Positions 48,068 through 57,051 of a stretch of DNA of 64,000 nucleotides are shown one piece after another. The number at the start of each line of letters is the position of its first letter. The first letter of the stretch is position 1. This DNA is from Candidatus Sumerlaeaceae bacterium. GTDB lineage: Bacteria; Sumerlaeota; Sumerlaeia; Sumerlaeales; Sumerlaeaceae. The notes under the pieces were generated by a model. It was not told where the DNA came from, did not search any database, and worked only from the letters and a program-made list of their open reading frames with translations. The translations under genes were made by a program, and so were the position numbers. Where the stretch lies: assembly GCA_049968255.1 (NCBI GenBank), contig JBMFRB010000001.1, forward strand, positions 256,001 to 320,000, in the 5' to 3' direction.

Positions 48068-49996
48068 ATGGCTGAGCTGAAGGAGAGTCAACCAAAGGTT
48101 TTGCCGCCTGCCACGTTGCTTGTGGTTCGCGGCCCGAACATGGGCGTGCGCTACGAGCTGGGCGAGCGGACCCGCATCGGGCGCGACCTGGCCAATGAGA
48201 TTTCGCTCGCCGATCCTGGAGTGTCGCGCCTGCATGCCGAGATTGTTCGCGAGCGCTTTGCTTACACGATCCGCGACTGTGGGTCGCGCAATGGGATCAT
48301 TGTCAATGGTATCCGCGTGACACACAAACAGCTTCTGCGTAACGATGAAATTCAGATCGGCAACACCGTTTTCCTGTTTAACTCCGACCTCAAATTGGAG
48401 AACGCAATCTTCACGCAATCGGTTGCAGTGCTGTATCCGGGCGATGCAGTGACGCAGGAACTCTCTGCGGAGCCATCAGCTTTTGTTGTTCCGTCGGGAC
48501 GCGACAAGATCCTTATCGAGTTTCTCGAGACTTTGGCGAATGTCTTCAGCCAGTCATCGCTCCGGACTGAGACGTTCGGCCGTAGACTTCTGAAGCATCT
48601 TCTGGATCTCTTTTCTGCTGATCAAGCTGCCCTGTTTGTGCGCGATGTGCTCACGCAAAAGCCCCGCCTCGCTCTTGTTCTTCCGGAGGGAGGCACAGCA
48701 GTGATCGAGCGCAGCGCAATCATGCGGGCGTTCGAGGAACAGCGCCCCGTGCTGGCATGCGAGCAGCCCGAGAGCCTAGCGCGCATTCCTCTAGCGGGAC
48801 ATGATGGTCCGCTCGCAGCCTTACCTGAGGTACAGCAAGGACTGACGATGATGTGCGCTCCTCTGGCCAGCGGCGAAACAACTTTAGGTGTTCTCGTTGT
48901 GAAAAAAGCAGGACCGAACCAGTTTACAGCTGCAGACCTTGCTTTGCTTCAGGCTATTGCTCGCATTTCGGCAGGCTTTCTGCGTGGGGCTCAGCTCGGT
49001 GATTATGTCGAAATTTTTGGGCCACGGCAATCGAGGCCAGACTTCGTGCCCTCGCGCAACCCCAAGGTGAGAGCACTGTTTGACCAAGCCAAGCGCGTAG
49101 CCCAAAGCGAGGCGAGTGTCGTCATCACGGGTGAGAGTGGCACCGGCAAGGAAGTCTTGGCGCGCTTCATTCACGAGGCCAGCCCGCGGCGCCAGGGACC
49201 ATTTGTGGCAGTGAACTGCGCCGCCATTCCACCTACGCTCTTTGAAAGCGAGTTGTTCGGCTACGAGCGTGGTGCGTTCACAGGCGCGGCTCGCACCACG
49301 CGTGGCAAAATTGAGGCGGCTGACGGCGGAACGCTATTTCTGGACGAAATCGGAACGCTCGATATCGCACTTCAGCCGAAACTGCTGCGATTCCTGCAAG
49401 AGCGTGTGTTCTATCGAGTTGGGGGAACACGGCCGATCGAAGCGAACGTGCGTGTGATTGTGGCTACTAATGAAAACCTTGAAGAGGCGGTGAACGAGGG
49501 GCGTTTTCGCGAGGATTTGTGGTATCGGCTCAATGTCGTTTCCTTCCACATGCCGCCACTCCGAGAGCGCCGGGAAGATATTGCACCGCTCGCGGAGCAT
49601 TTGCTGCAACAGGCTGCAAAGCGCAGTGGCAAAACAGTGCTGGGACTGGATGTGTCGGCGCTGCGGCTTCTGGAGCGATATTCGTGGCCGGGAAACATCC
49701 GCGAATTAGCTAATGCGATTGAGCGGGCCGTGATTTTGGCTGACTCTCCCTTGCTGACGGAAAAAGATTTTTTGTTCCTCGAGCGGCAAATCGAACGCCA
49801 ATACTCCACCACTGCCTTGGCAAATGCCGATGAGATTATCCCCTTGGCTGAGGTGGAACGGCAGCATATTTTGCAGGTGCTTGAACATTTCGACTGGAAT
49901 CAGGCCCGAGCGGCTGAAGCACTTGGCGTTCACCGAAACACTTTGCGCAATAAGATCATTGAGTACGGCTTGCACCGGCCAGATTCAAAGCGCTAG
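48068..49996 (+). CDS. FHA-GAF-AAA+ sigma-54 enhancer-binding protein
   Basis: FHA (IGR...VSRLHA...SRNG), GAF-like region, GESGTGKE, GAFTGA, FREDLWYRL, WPGNIREL, Fis-type HTH. Confidence 0.93.
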   Translation: MAELKESQPKVLPPATLLVVRGPNMGVRYELGERTRIGRDLANEISLADPGVSRLHAEIVRERFAYTIRDCGSRNGIIVNGIRVTHKQLLRNDEIQIGNTVFLFNSDLKLENAIFTQSVAVLYPGDAVTQELSAEPSAFVVPSGRDKILIEFLETLANVFSQSSLRTETFGRRLLKHLLDLFSADQAALFVRDVLTQKPRLALVLPEGGTAVIERSAIMRAFEEQRPVLACEQPESLARIPLAGHDGPLAALPEVQQGLTMMCAPLASGETTLGVLVVKKAGPNQFTAADLALLQAIARISAGFLRGAQLGDYVEIFGPRQSRPDFVPSRNPKVRALFDQAKRVAQSEASVVITGESGTGKEVLARFIHEASPRRQGPFVAVNCAAIPPTLFESELFGYERGAFTGAARTTRGKIEAADGGTLFLDEIGTLDIALQPKLLRFLQERVFYRVGGTRPIEANVRVIVATNENLEEAVNEGRFREDLWYRLNVVSFHMPPLRERREDIAPLAEHLLQQAAKRSGKTVLGLDVSALRLLERYSWPGNIRELANAIERAVILADSPLLTEKDFLFLERQIERQYSTTALANADEIIPLAEVERQHILQVLEHFDWNQARAAEALGVHRNTLRNKIIEYGLHRPDSKR

Positions 49997-50029
49997 GCAG
50001 CTCACCAGCTGCAGAGGAGTCTCGCGCAA

Positions 50030-50656
50030 CTACCGCACGACGCGGTCAAAAATGGGGTGACCTTTCGCGTTCGCGAGATCGGCATCGCGCAAAACCGTGC
50101 AGCGGAAAATTGCGCGTTCGAGATCGGCCCCGCGAAAAATGGCACCCGAGCAATCAGCATTGGCGAATCGTGAGTAAAAAAGATGCGCGTCGGAGAAATC
50201 AGCGCCGACGAGGGAGGCTCCGACGAAATTCACGTTTTCTGCTACAGCGCGACAAAATCTCGCTCTGTCACATTGCGCCAGACCGAGGCATGCAAACAGA
50301 AGCGAAGCGCCGGAAAGGTCAGCGTCGGTCAGTTTTATGCCTTCCGCCAGGACATGATCGAGCTGGGCAGAGCGCAATGAGCATGACGAGAAATCAGCAT
50401 ATGAGAGATCCGAATAGGAAAAATTCGCGTGCTCAAGATTTTCACCGCTGAGCTCCACACCTGCTAAGCACACCCCCACCAGGGTATGGCGACCTTTCAT
50501 TGCATCGAGGATTCTCTGGCGCAATGCGGCTTTGTCGTCGGTGTGGCTCCAACACCGAGGCGTATCCCAGACGGCGGGGGCCGAACAATTTGCAAAGTTG
50601 CACGGCACCCGTGGGGGTAGGCATTCGTTTCTGAGGGATTCGAGACAGAATTCCAT
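50030..50656 (-). CDS. Pentapeptide repeat protein with N-terminal Cys/His motif
   Basis: A(D/N)(L/F)xx repeats; N-terminal C-x4-C-x10-C-x2-H. Confidence 0.85.
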   Translation of the reverse strand: MEFCLESLRNECLPPRVPCNFANCSAPAVWDTPRCWSHTDDKAALRQRILDAMKGRHTLVGVCLAGVELSGENLEHANFSYSDLSYADFSSCSLRSAQLDHVLAEGIKLTDADLSGASLLFACLGLAQCDRARFCRAVAENVNFVGASLVGADFSDAHLFYSRFANADCSGAIFRGADLERAIFRCTVLRDADLANAKGHPIFDRVVR

Positions 50657-50698
50657 TACGTAATTTAGCTCCTCACAAAATACAACCGCTGCAGCGAA

Positions 50699-51508
50699 TC
50701 AGAACACGCCGCTAAAGCCAAACGACACAACGACGGGCATCGGCGCAATGCGTGGCACACAGGCGCCATCATCTTTAGGGTCCATCTCCATGGCTCGAAT
50801 GACCGTGCCTTGCCTGCCCTGCCGGATAATGACGCCGCGCAGGCGCACTTGACGCCCTTTGCCCGGCACACGTTGAATCTCGAGAGGCGATACAACGACT
50901 TTGACACGACCTAAATCACGCGCCCTTACCGTGAGTTCGAGCTCGTTTTTCGGCAAAGACTTGACGCTTTCAACCTTACCCGAAACCGTGACCCATTTCG
51001 GACGCGGTGGAACCTCTGCCTCCTGGCTTTCCTGAGAGGACTCGGTATCGGATTGGCCAACCTCCCTGTCTTCCCGCTCAGCTTGGCGAGGCGTTCGGCG
51101 CGGTGGCCCCTGCTCTTTGTTCTCTTGAGCGCTGCGTGAAGGTCTGCTTAGCGATGTGCTTTCGCGAGGCGTCGGAGAAGGCGTTGCCGAGGGCGGTGCG
51201 GCGGGTTCCTGCTTCTCGGACGGTGCGATGGAACGAACTGCCATTTCGCCTTTTGTTTCTTCTGGAATAATCCAACGTCCGCCGACACCTTCCACTTCCG
51301 GCGGCACGAAAACAGGTGCCGTGCTTGAGCTGTCCGCCTTTTGGGCAGAAGCCGTTGCCGTCGTGAACACCGCCGTTGCTTGCGCTTCAGGGGCACTTGG
51401 CATCTCCTGAGCTGAGGTCATAGCCACGACTAACCCGACGATCGCTCCGATTAGTCCGGCGCGCAAACTAGTTTTTCGGTTGTTTTGGGCGATAATCACG
51501 GAGCTCAT
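50699..51508 (-). CDS. Putative secreted protein: signal peptide, S/T/P/E-rich linker, OB-fold-like C-terminal domain
   Basis: Start inferred at ATG 51508; hydrophobic leader; beta-rich C-terminus VTVSGKV...VRLRG. Confidence 0.65.
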   Translation of the reverse strand: MSSVIIAQNNRKTSLRAGLIGAIVGLVVAMTSAQEMPSAPEAQATAVFTTATASAQKADSSSTAPVFVPPEVEGVGGRWIIPEETKGEMAVRSIAPSEKQEPAAPPSATPSPTPRESTSLSRPSRSAQENKEQGPPRRTPRQAEREDREVGQSDTESSQESQEAEVPPRPKWVTVSGKVESVKSLPKNELELTVRARDLGRVKVVVSPLEIQRVPGKGRQVRLRGVIIRQGRQGTVIRAMEMDPKDDGACVPRIAPMPVVVSFGFSGVF

Positions 51509-51561
51509 GCTTAGACCCACCTTTCCTTCGGATGACTCTAAAATGCGCCTTGCTTTAGGAA

Positions 51562-51579
51562 AAGCAAGACTTTTGCCAG
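51562..51579 (-). promoter_or_regulatory. Putative sigma-54 (-24/-12) promoter
   Basis: Minus strand CTGGCAAAAGTCTTGCTT (GG-N10-GC), about 55 bp upstream of ATG 51508. Confidence 0.55.
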
Positions 51580-51742
51580 CCGGAGAGCTCTGGGGAGGAA
51601 GTCTGAAGCCTGGTTTGGTGGTGCGCGACACTAAGGTGGGCACACGCTCTTTTTGTGCTGGACCGTGCGCTAAAAAACAATGCCCCCAGAGCTCGCGCTC
51701 TGAGAGCAAAGCCTTAGATGCAGCGAGACTTACTTCTCGCTT

Positions 51743-51955
51743 TTACTCGGTTTTGGCGGCTTTCTGATAGCGCTGACGGAATTTCTCGACGCGTCCCGCG
51801 GTGTCCACAAGTTTCTGTTGGCCTGTGAAGAAAGGATGGCAGTTCGAACAAATTTCCAAACGGTATTCTTTGCGTGTCGAGCGTGTCACAAATGTTGCGC
51901 CACACGCACATGTCACTGTGGCAAAACTATACTTTGGATGGATTCCTTTACGCAT
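51743..51955 (-). CDS. rpmE: 50S ribosomal protein L31 (Zn-binding type)
   Basis: MRKGIHPKY...CACG...[10 protein letters not shown]...DTAGRVEKF. Confidence 0.97.
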   Translation of the reverse strand: MRKGIHPKYSFATVTCACGATFVTRSTRKEYRLEICSNCHPFFTGQQKLVDTAGRVEKFRQRYQKAAKTE

Positions 51956-52090
51956 TCACATCACTCCTTGAGCGCCGGCGTCGGCTGATCTTTGAAGCCC
52001 AGTACGGCACGCGTTTGCTTGGCAACATGCCACCGCCCTATACTCTTTGGCAAGGTTAGGCATTCACGATTTATGCCATCTCGCGGCAGT

Positions 52091-53179
52091 CTATTCTGGC
52101 GAGGAGCTATCTTTTGCGATAGGCATAGCCCGCTTCATCACTCGCTCGATGGCATCGAGGACGGCTTCTGGCGCTAGTTTATCAAGGCAGTGACCAGGCG
52201 GATGATGCGGACATTTGCGCCAAAAGGTTCCTGCGCATGGCTGAGAAAAATCTTGCAGCACTTCGAAATTTGCGTCGGCAAAAACCGGTGCATTGCGCCT
52301 CGAATCTGAACTTCCGAAAAGTGCAACCGTCGGCACTCCCAGAGCAGCAGCCATGTGCATGGGGCCAGTGTCACCACCGGCAAACAGGGCAACGTGGTGA
52401 CGAAGCAGGGCGACGTATTGGCGAAGACTCGTTGGCGGAGCGGTTCGTGCTTTTCCGCCGTGCTTCGCGATGAGATTGGCCAAATGACTGGCTTCTTGTT
52501 CTTCACCCGGGCCAAAAAATACCATCGATTCCAAAGCGTGGCGAGCATAGACCTCAATTGCCACTTTGGCCCACCGCTCGAGCGGCCAACGCTTCGTCAC
52601 CCAACCAGCAAATGCATCGAGGAGAAAAAAACGTTTCTTGCCAACCCCGGCCTCGCGCGCCCAAGTTGCGACATATTCCTCGTCCTGAGCATGGGTGACA
52701 AGCAGCGCACGAGGATGCTCTGCCCGGCATCCGAGCGAGCGCACGAGCTCGAGGTTCATGTTGATAACTTCTTGCGCTGTCGGCGCCACGCGTTCATTTG
52801 TGAAAAGCCAGTTGAGCTCGCGACACGCTTGGCCGGCAAAACCAATGCGCTTCGGAGCTCCGCTGAGCCAGGCGACAATCCCACTTTTCGTGAGGCCTTG
52901 AAAATCTATGGCGACATCCCAGGGACCGGTGCGGCGCAAGACTTCGCGCAGCTCGCGCATAGCAGCGAGAGCCTGGCCGGCGGAGCGTGGCCGTGAAAGC
53001 TTGAAGAGAAAATCGAGCTGAGGGTGTCCTTCGAGCAGTGCCGCTGGTCCAGGATGCGCAACCCACCCAATCGTTGCACGTGGGTGCTCGCGGCGCAAGG
53101 CATCAAGGGCTGGCAATGTATGCACGACGTCGCCGACGGCGCTAAGCTTGACGATGAGTACTTTGAGACTGGCGCTCAC
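52091..53179 (-). CDS. GT9 LPS heptosyltransferase (WaaC-like)
   Basis: IVKLSAVGDVVH, IDFQGLTKS, GDTGPMHMAAA. Confidence 0.9.
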   Translation of the reverse strand: MSASLKVLIVKLSAVGDVVHTLPALDALRREHPRATIGWVAHPGPAALLEGHPQLDFLFKLSRPRSAGQALAAMRELREVLRRTGPWDVAIDFQGLTKSGIVAWLSGAPKRIGFAGQACRELNWLFTNERVAPTAQEVINMNLELVRSLGCRAEHPRALLVTHAQDEEYVATWAREAGVGKKRFFLLDAFAGWVTKRWPLERWAKVAIEVYARHALESMVFFGPGEEQEASHLANLIAKHGGKARTAPPTSLRQYVALLRHHVALFAGGDTGPMHMAAALGVPTVALFGSSDSRRNAPVFADANFEVLQDFSQPCAGTFWRKCPHHPPGHCLDKLAPEAVLDAIERVMKRAMPIAKDSSSPE

Positions 53180-53703
53180 AGCGCCTCCTGCTGCTGCTCC
53201 CTCTTTTTGCCAAAACGCTCGAGCACGGTGGAAATGACATCGCGCGAGGAGTTTTCTTTGGGTGCCCCAGCAATGTAGGTTTCGAACCCGAGCTCGATGG
53301 CAATCGCCCGCTCAGGGACGGTGTCCTTGGTATAATCCGTTCCCTTGGCGTGCACGTCGGGCCGCAGTGCCCGCAGAAGCGGCTCTACGGTCAGATCATC
53401 GAAAAGGATGAGGTAATCAACGCAGCGCAGCGCATCAAGCAATTCTAGGCGGGCTGCCTCGTTGAAAATCGGACGCGACGGGCCCTTGAGCGCGCGTTCG
53501 CTCTGATCGGAATTCACACCAACGAAGAGGCAGTCGCCTTGGCGGCGGGCGTCGGCAAGATAGGAGATATGCCCGCCGTGTAGCACATCGAAGCATCCAT
53601 TGGCAAAGACCACTCGCTTGCCGTCGGCGCGCAGGCGCTCACGAATCACAATCGCCTCTTCCAATGTCACGAGCTTGTTTAGGGGATAACGCTTTTGGCT
53701 CAA
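53176..53703 (-). CDS. D-glycero-beta-D-manno-heptose 1-phosphate adenylyltransferase (RfaE domain II-like)
   Basis: VFANGCFDVLHGGH, VNSD, KGPSRP, KGTDY. Confidence 0.88.
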   Translation of the reverse strand: MSQKRYPLNKLVTLEEAIVIRERLRADGKRVVFANGCFDVLHGGHISYLADARRQGDCLFVGVNSDQSERALKGPSRPIFNEAARLELLDALRCVDYLILFDDLTVEPLLRALRPDVHAKGTDYTKDTVPERAIAIELGFETYIAGAPKENSSRDVISTVLERFGKKREQQQEAL

Positions 53704-54311
53704 AGTCCAAGCACTCCTCGTTTGCCGAGATCATTAATGATCCAATGAACAGCCGCCCACAAGTTTTCTGCAACAAAATCAGGACGGCAGACATCGCTCG
53801 TCGTTGAGATTTTTTCTAACTCCTCGCGGCCGAAGCCGGTGAGCACCAGGACGCTGCGCAAGCCATTGGCTTTGCCGAACTCGACGTCGCTGAGTTTGTC
53901 GCCCACCACGTACGAGTTTTCTAAATCCACAGGGAATTCCCCTGCAGCGCGTTCGATCATGCCGGGCTGTGGCTTGCGGCAGCGACAGGCAACTCGGTAG
54001 GGACCGAGACCTTTTTCGGCATGATGCGGGCAGTAATATATTGCGTCCACTTTTGCCCCCTTCTCGGCAAGAAGCTCGCGAAGGCGGGCGTGCACGGCCG
54101 CAACGTCAGCCTCTGTAAAATAGCCCCGTGCCACACCTGACTGATTCGTGGTCACCACAGCAAACATGCTCTGTTGATTGAGTTCACGAATCGCTTCGGC
54201 ACTTCCAGGAATAAGAATCAATTGTGCAGGATTGGAGAGATATCCGACCTCCTCGCAAATAGTCCCGTCACGATCGAGAAAAACTGCTGGGCGGAGTTTT
54301 TCGTCTGTCAT
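53700..54311 (-). CDS. gmhB: D,D-heptose 1,7-bisphosphate phosphatase
   Basis: FLDRDGT, TNQSGVARG, CPHH...CRCRKP, VGDKLSD. Confidence 0.92.
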   Translation of the reverse strand: MTDEKLRPAVFLDRDGTICEEVGYLSNPAQLILIPGSAEAIRELNQQSMFAVVTTNQSGVARGYFTEADVAAVHARLRELLAEKGAKVDAIYYCPHHAEKGLGPYRVACRCRKPQPGMIERAAGEFPVDLENSYVVGDKLSDVEFGKANGLRSVLVLTGFGREELEKISTTSDVCRPDFVAENLWAAVHWIINDLGKRGVLGL

Positions 54312-54424
54312 GGAAGGGCATCGTGCCAGCACGCTCGTCGGGTGCAATGAAAAATGATTTCTGCTGCAATGTGCTGCGATCAAAGAAATGGTAGCCAGCT
54401 GGGTAAAACTTTAGCTAGTCGAGA

Positions 54425-55153
54425 ATGTCGCGGATGAACGTTGAAGGATCAAAAGTTTTTGTCACAGGCGCGGCAAAGCGGGTTGGACGTGCAATCGCGC
54501 AAGAGCTCGCAATCCGCGGAGCTCACGTGATCATCCATTACAACACGAGCAAAGAAGAAGCTTTCGCACTGGTCAGGCATTTGCAGGCCGGCGGCCACTC
54601 GGCCGAAGCTGTTCAGGCGAATCTTGAGGACGTAGGGCGTTTAGGAGAATTTGCGCGGTCGTTTGACCACATCGACGTCCTCATCAACAATGCCTCTATT
54701 TTCCCTCGCACGCCACTTGTCGACATGAGCTGGGACGTGTGGCAGCGCATCCTCGACATCAACCTTAGCGCACCCGTACTGCTTGCGACCCACGTGGGTT
54801 TGTCCATGAAAGAGCGAGGCCGTGGTGTTGTGATTAATTTAACAGATTGTGGTGTTCAGCGCCCCTATCCTCACCATTTACCTTATCTCGTGTCGAAAGG
54901 TGGGCTCGAAACAGCGACACGAGCGCTTGCTGTCGAGCTTGCGCCGGAGGTGCGTGTCGTGGCAATCGCCCCTGGCACCGTCTTGCCGCCACCAGAAATT
55001 TCTGCCTCGTTCCGCAAGGCCATGGAAAACCGCTCACTCCTGCGCAAAGTTGGGAGTCCGGCAGAGGTGGCGCGCACCGTTGTCCTTGCCATCGAAAACG
55101 ACTTTCTTACCGGCTGCACGATCACAGTCGACGGCGGCACCACATTGGCCTGA
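54425..55153 (+). CDS. SDR oxidoreductase, pteridine reductase/FolM-like
   Basis: TGAAKRVG, IHYNTS, LINNASIF, YLVSK. Confidence 0.85.
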   Translation: MSRMNVEGSKVFVTGAAKRVGRAIAQELAIRGAHVIIHYNTSKEEAFALVRHLQAGGHSAEAVQANLEDVGRLGEFARSFDHIDVLINNASIFPRTPLVDMSWDVWQRILDINLSAPVLLATHVGLSMKERGRGVVINLTDCGVQRPYPHHLPYLVSKGGLETATRALAVELAPEVRVVAIAPGTVLPPPEISASFRKAMENRSLLRKVGSPAEVARTVVLAIENDFLTGCTITVDGGTTLA

Positions 55154-55262
55154 GCCTGCTTTTGTTGGCCCAAGCGAAAACTTGCAAAAAAACCACCGCG
55201 GTGGGCATGAATCTTGACCATGAATCTCCTGCGGGTGACAACACCCCACAGTGCAACTACAA

Positions 55263-57050
55263 ATGGTCTCGGATAACCGGAGAAAATTTCAAAAGCAAAC
55301 CGAACAGCCACCTCGCTGGCGCTTTCGTCCCGTAGATGCCGACCTTGCACGGGCGCTGACAGCGTGTAGCAGGCTAAATCCAGTACTTGCCCGAATCGTG
55401 GCCGGACGGATGCGCGACGTCGATGAAGAGTCGGCTCTGACGCAAGAGAATCTAGAGCGGTTTCTTTCGCCACGGCTCGCGGACATACACAACCCTTTTG
55501 AGCTTGCGGACATGGATAAAGCTGTGGCGCGAGTGTTCAATGCTGTCCGGCGCAACGAAGCCATCACCGTTTACGGCGATTACGACAGCGACGGCACAAC
55601 AGCCACAGCTCTGCTAGTGCACCTTTTTCGTTTTCTTGGCTATGACAAGGTCTCTTACTATATTCCCCTTCGCCTTGAAGAGGGTTATGGGCTCAACATT
55701 GGCGCGCTCGAAAACATTGCCAAACAAGGGACAAAAGTTGTTCTCACGGTTGACAATGGCATCACTGCCGTGGAAGAGGCTCGGCATGCCAGGCGCCTGG
55801 GACTCGATCTCGTTATTACGGATCACCACCGGCCGGGTCGGGAGCTCCCCGACGCCTGTGCTATCGTTAATCCTAATCGTCCGGATTGCCACTATCCGTT
55901 TAAGTACCTCGCGGGTGTGGGCGTTGCCTTTAAGTTTGCGCATGCGCTTCTGAAAGCGATGCATGTGGATCCGGACAAGGGTCGTGCGTTCCTGCGCTCG
56001 GTGCTTGATCTCGTGGCTATTGGCACCGTTGCAGACATAGCGCCCTTGGTGGGGGAAAATCGAATCTTCGTGACTCACGGACTGAAGCGCATGCGCGAGA
56101 CGCCAAGCGAGCGACTCCGCGCTATGTACTCCGTGTGGGGAATTGAGCCGACAATCCTTACTGCCCAGACCATCTCTTTCCGGATTGGGCCACGCCTCAA
56201 CGCAGCCGGTCGCACGGACGACGCTCGCGTATGTGTTGAGCTGCTCACGACGGACAATGTTCAGCGCGCCGCAAGGATTGCCTCGGACCTCGATGGCTTC
56301 AACCAGGCGCGTCGTGATCTGGAAGCGGCCATCCTTCGGCAATGCTTACGGATCATTGAAAAAGAAGTGAATCTCGAAGATGAGCCAGTTCTAGTGGTGC
56401 ACGGCAACGATTGGCACATCGGCGTGCTTGGCATTGTCGCCTCGCGCTTGACCGAAGCGTTCTATCGCCCGGCGATTGTCCTCTCGCGCCACGATGACTA
56501 CGCCATCGGTTCGGGGCGTAGCCCCGAATCATTCAATCTCCACCGTGCGCTGGCAGCAACGAGTCAGCTGCTGTTGGAGTGGGGTGGCCATGCTCACGCT
56601 GCAGGAGTGCGGCTGCTGGCCAAGCACATCGATCAATTCCGCGCGGTGATTAACGATTACGCGCATGTGCACCTCGAACCTGATCATCTGATTCGCGAAA
56701 TCACGATAGACACGGAGATTTTGGCTGAGGAATTTGGTCTGCCATTTCTCGATGCCCTGGGAAAACTTGAGCCTTATGGTGAAGGCAATCCGCTGCCTGT
56801 GCTAGCTATGAGGAACCTTCGACTGATTGAGGAGCCACGCATTGTGGGCTCGAATCATCTCAAACTGCGTCTTGGAGCTAACGGACAAACCTTTGATGCG
56901 ATCGGTTTTGGTCTAGCCGGCTTGGTGGACCGGCTGCGGCAGCGACGCTATGAGTTGTTAGATGTGGCCTTTTCCGCCACTAGAGATGATTTCACAGGCT
57001 GTCGCAAAGCTATGATGGAACTCAAAGATCTGCGTTTCGCGGGAGGATGA
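55263..57050 (+). CDS. recJ: ssDNA exonuclease RecJ
   Basis: YGDYDSDG, TVDNG, ITDHH, PRLNAAGR, GGHAHAAG, LEPYGEGNP. Confidence 0.96.
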   Translation: MVSDNRRKFQKQTEQPPRWRFRPVDADLARALTACSRLNPVLARIVAGRMRDVDEESALTQENLERFLSPRLADIHNPFELADMDKAVARVFNAVRRNEAITVYGDYDSDGTTATALLVHLFRFLGYDKVSYYIPLRLEEGYGLNIGALENIAKQGTKVVLTVDNGITAVEEARHARRLGLDLVITDHHRPGRELPDACAIVNPNRPDCHYPFKYLAGVGVAFKFAHALLKAMHVDPDKGRAFLRSVLDLVAIGTVADIAPLVGENRIFVTHGLKRMRETPSERLRAMYSVWGIEPTILTAQTISFRIGPRLNAAGRTDDARVCVELLTTDNVQRAARIASDLDGFNQARRDLEAAILRQCLRIIEKEVNLEDEPVLVVHGNDWHIGVLGIVASRLTEAFYRPAIVLSRHDDYAIGSGRSPESFNLHRALAATSQLLLEWGGHAHAAGVRLLAKHIDQFRAVINDYAHVHLEPDHLIREITIDTEILAEEFGLPFLDALGKLEPYGEGNPLPVLAMRNLRLIEEPRIVGSNHLKLRLGANGQTFDAIGFGLAGLVDRLRQRRYELLDVAFSATRDDFTGCRKAMMELKDLRFAGG

Positions 57051-57051
57051 C

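Noticed and set aside
48026-48418. N-terminal 131-aa extension of the LivJ-like ORF
   Set aside because: It is the antisense of the FHA domain; the lipoprotein signal starts at about 48025.
52005-52020. Sigma-54-like CGGCACGCGTTTGCT
   Set aside because: GG-to-GC spacing is 9 rather than 10, and it points into the 3' end of an opposite-strand gene.
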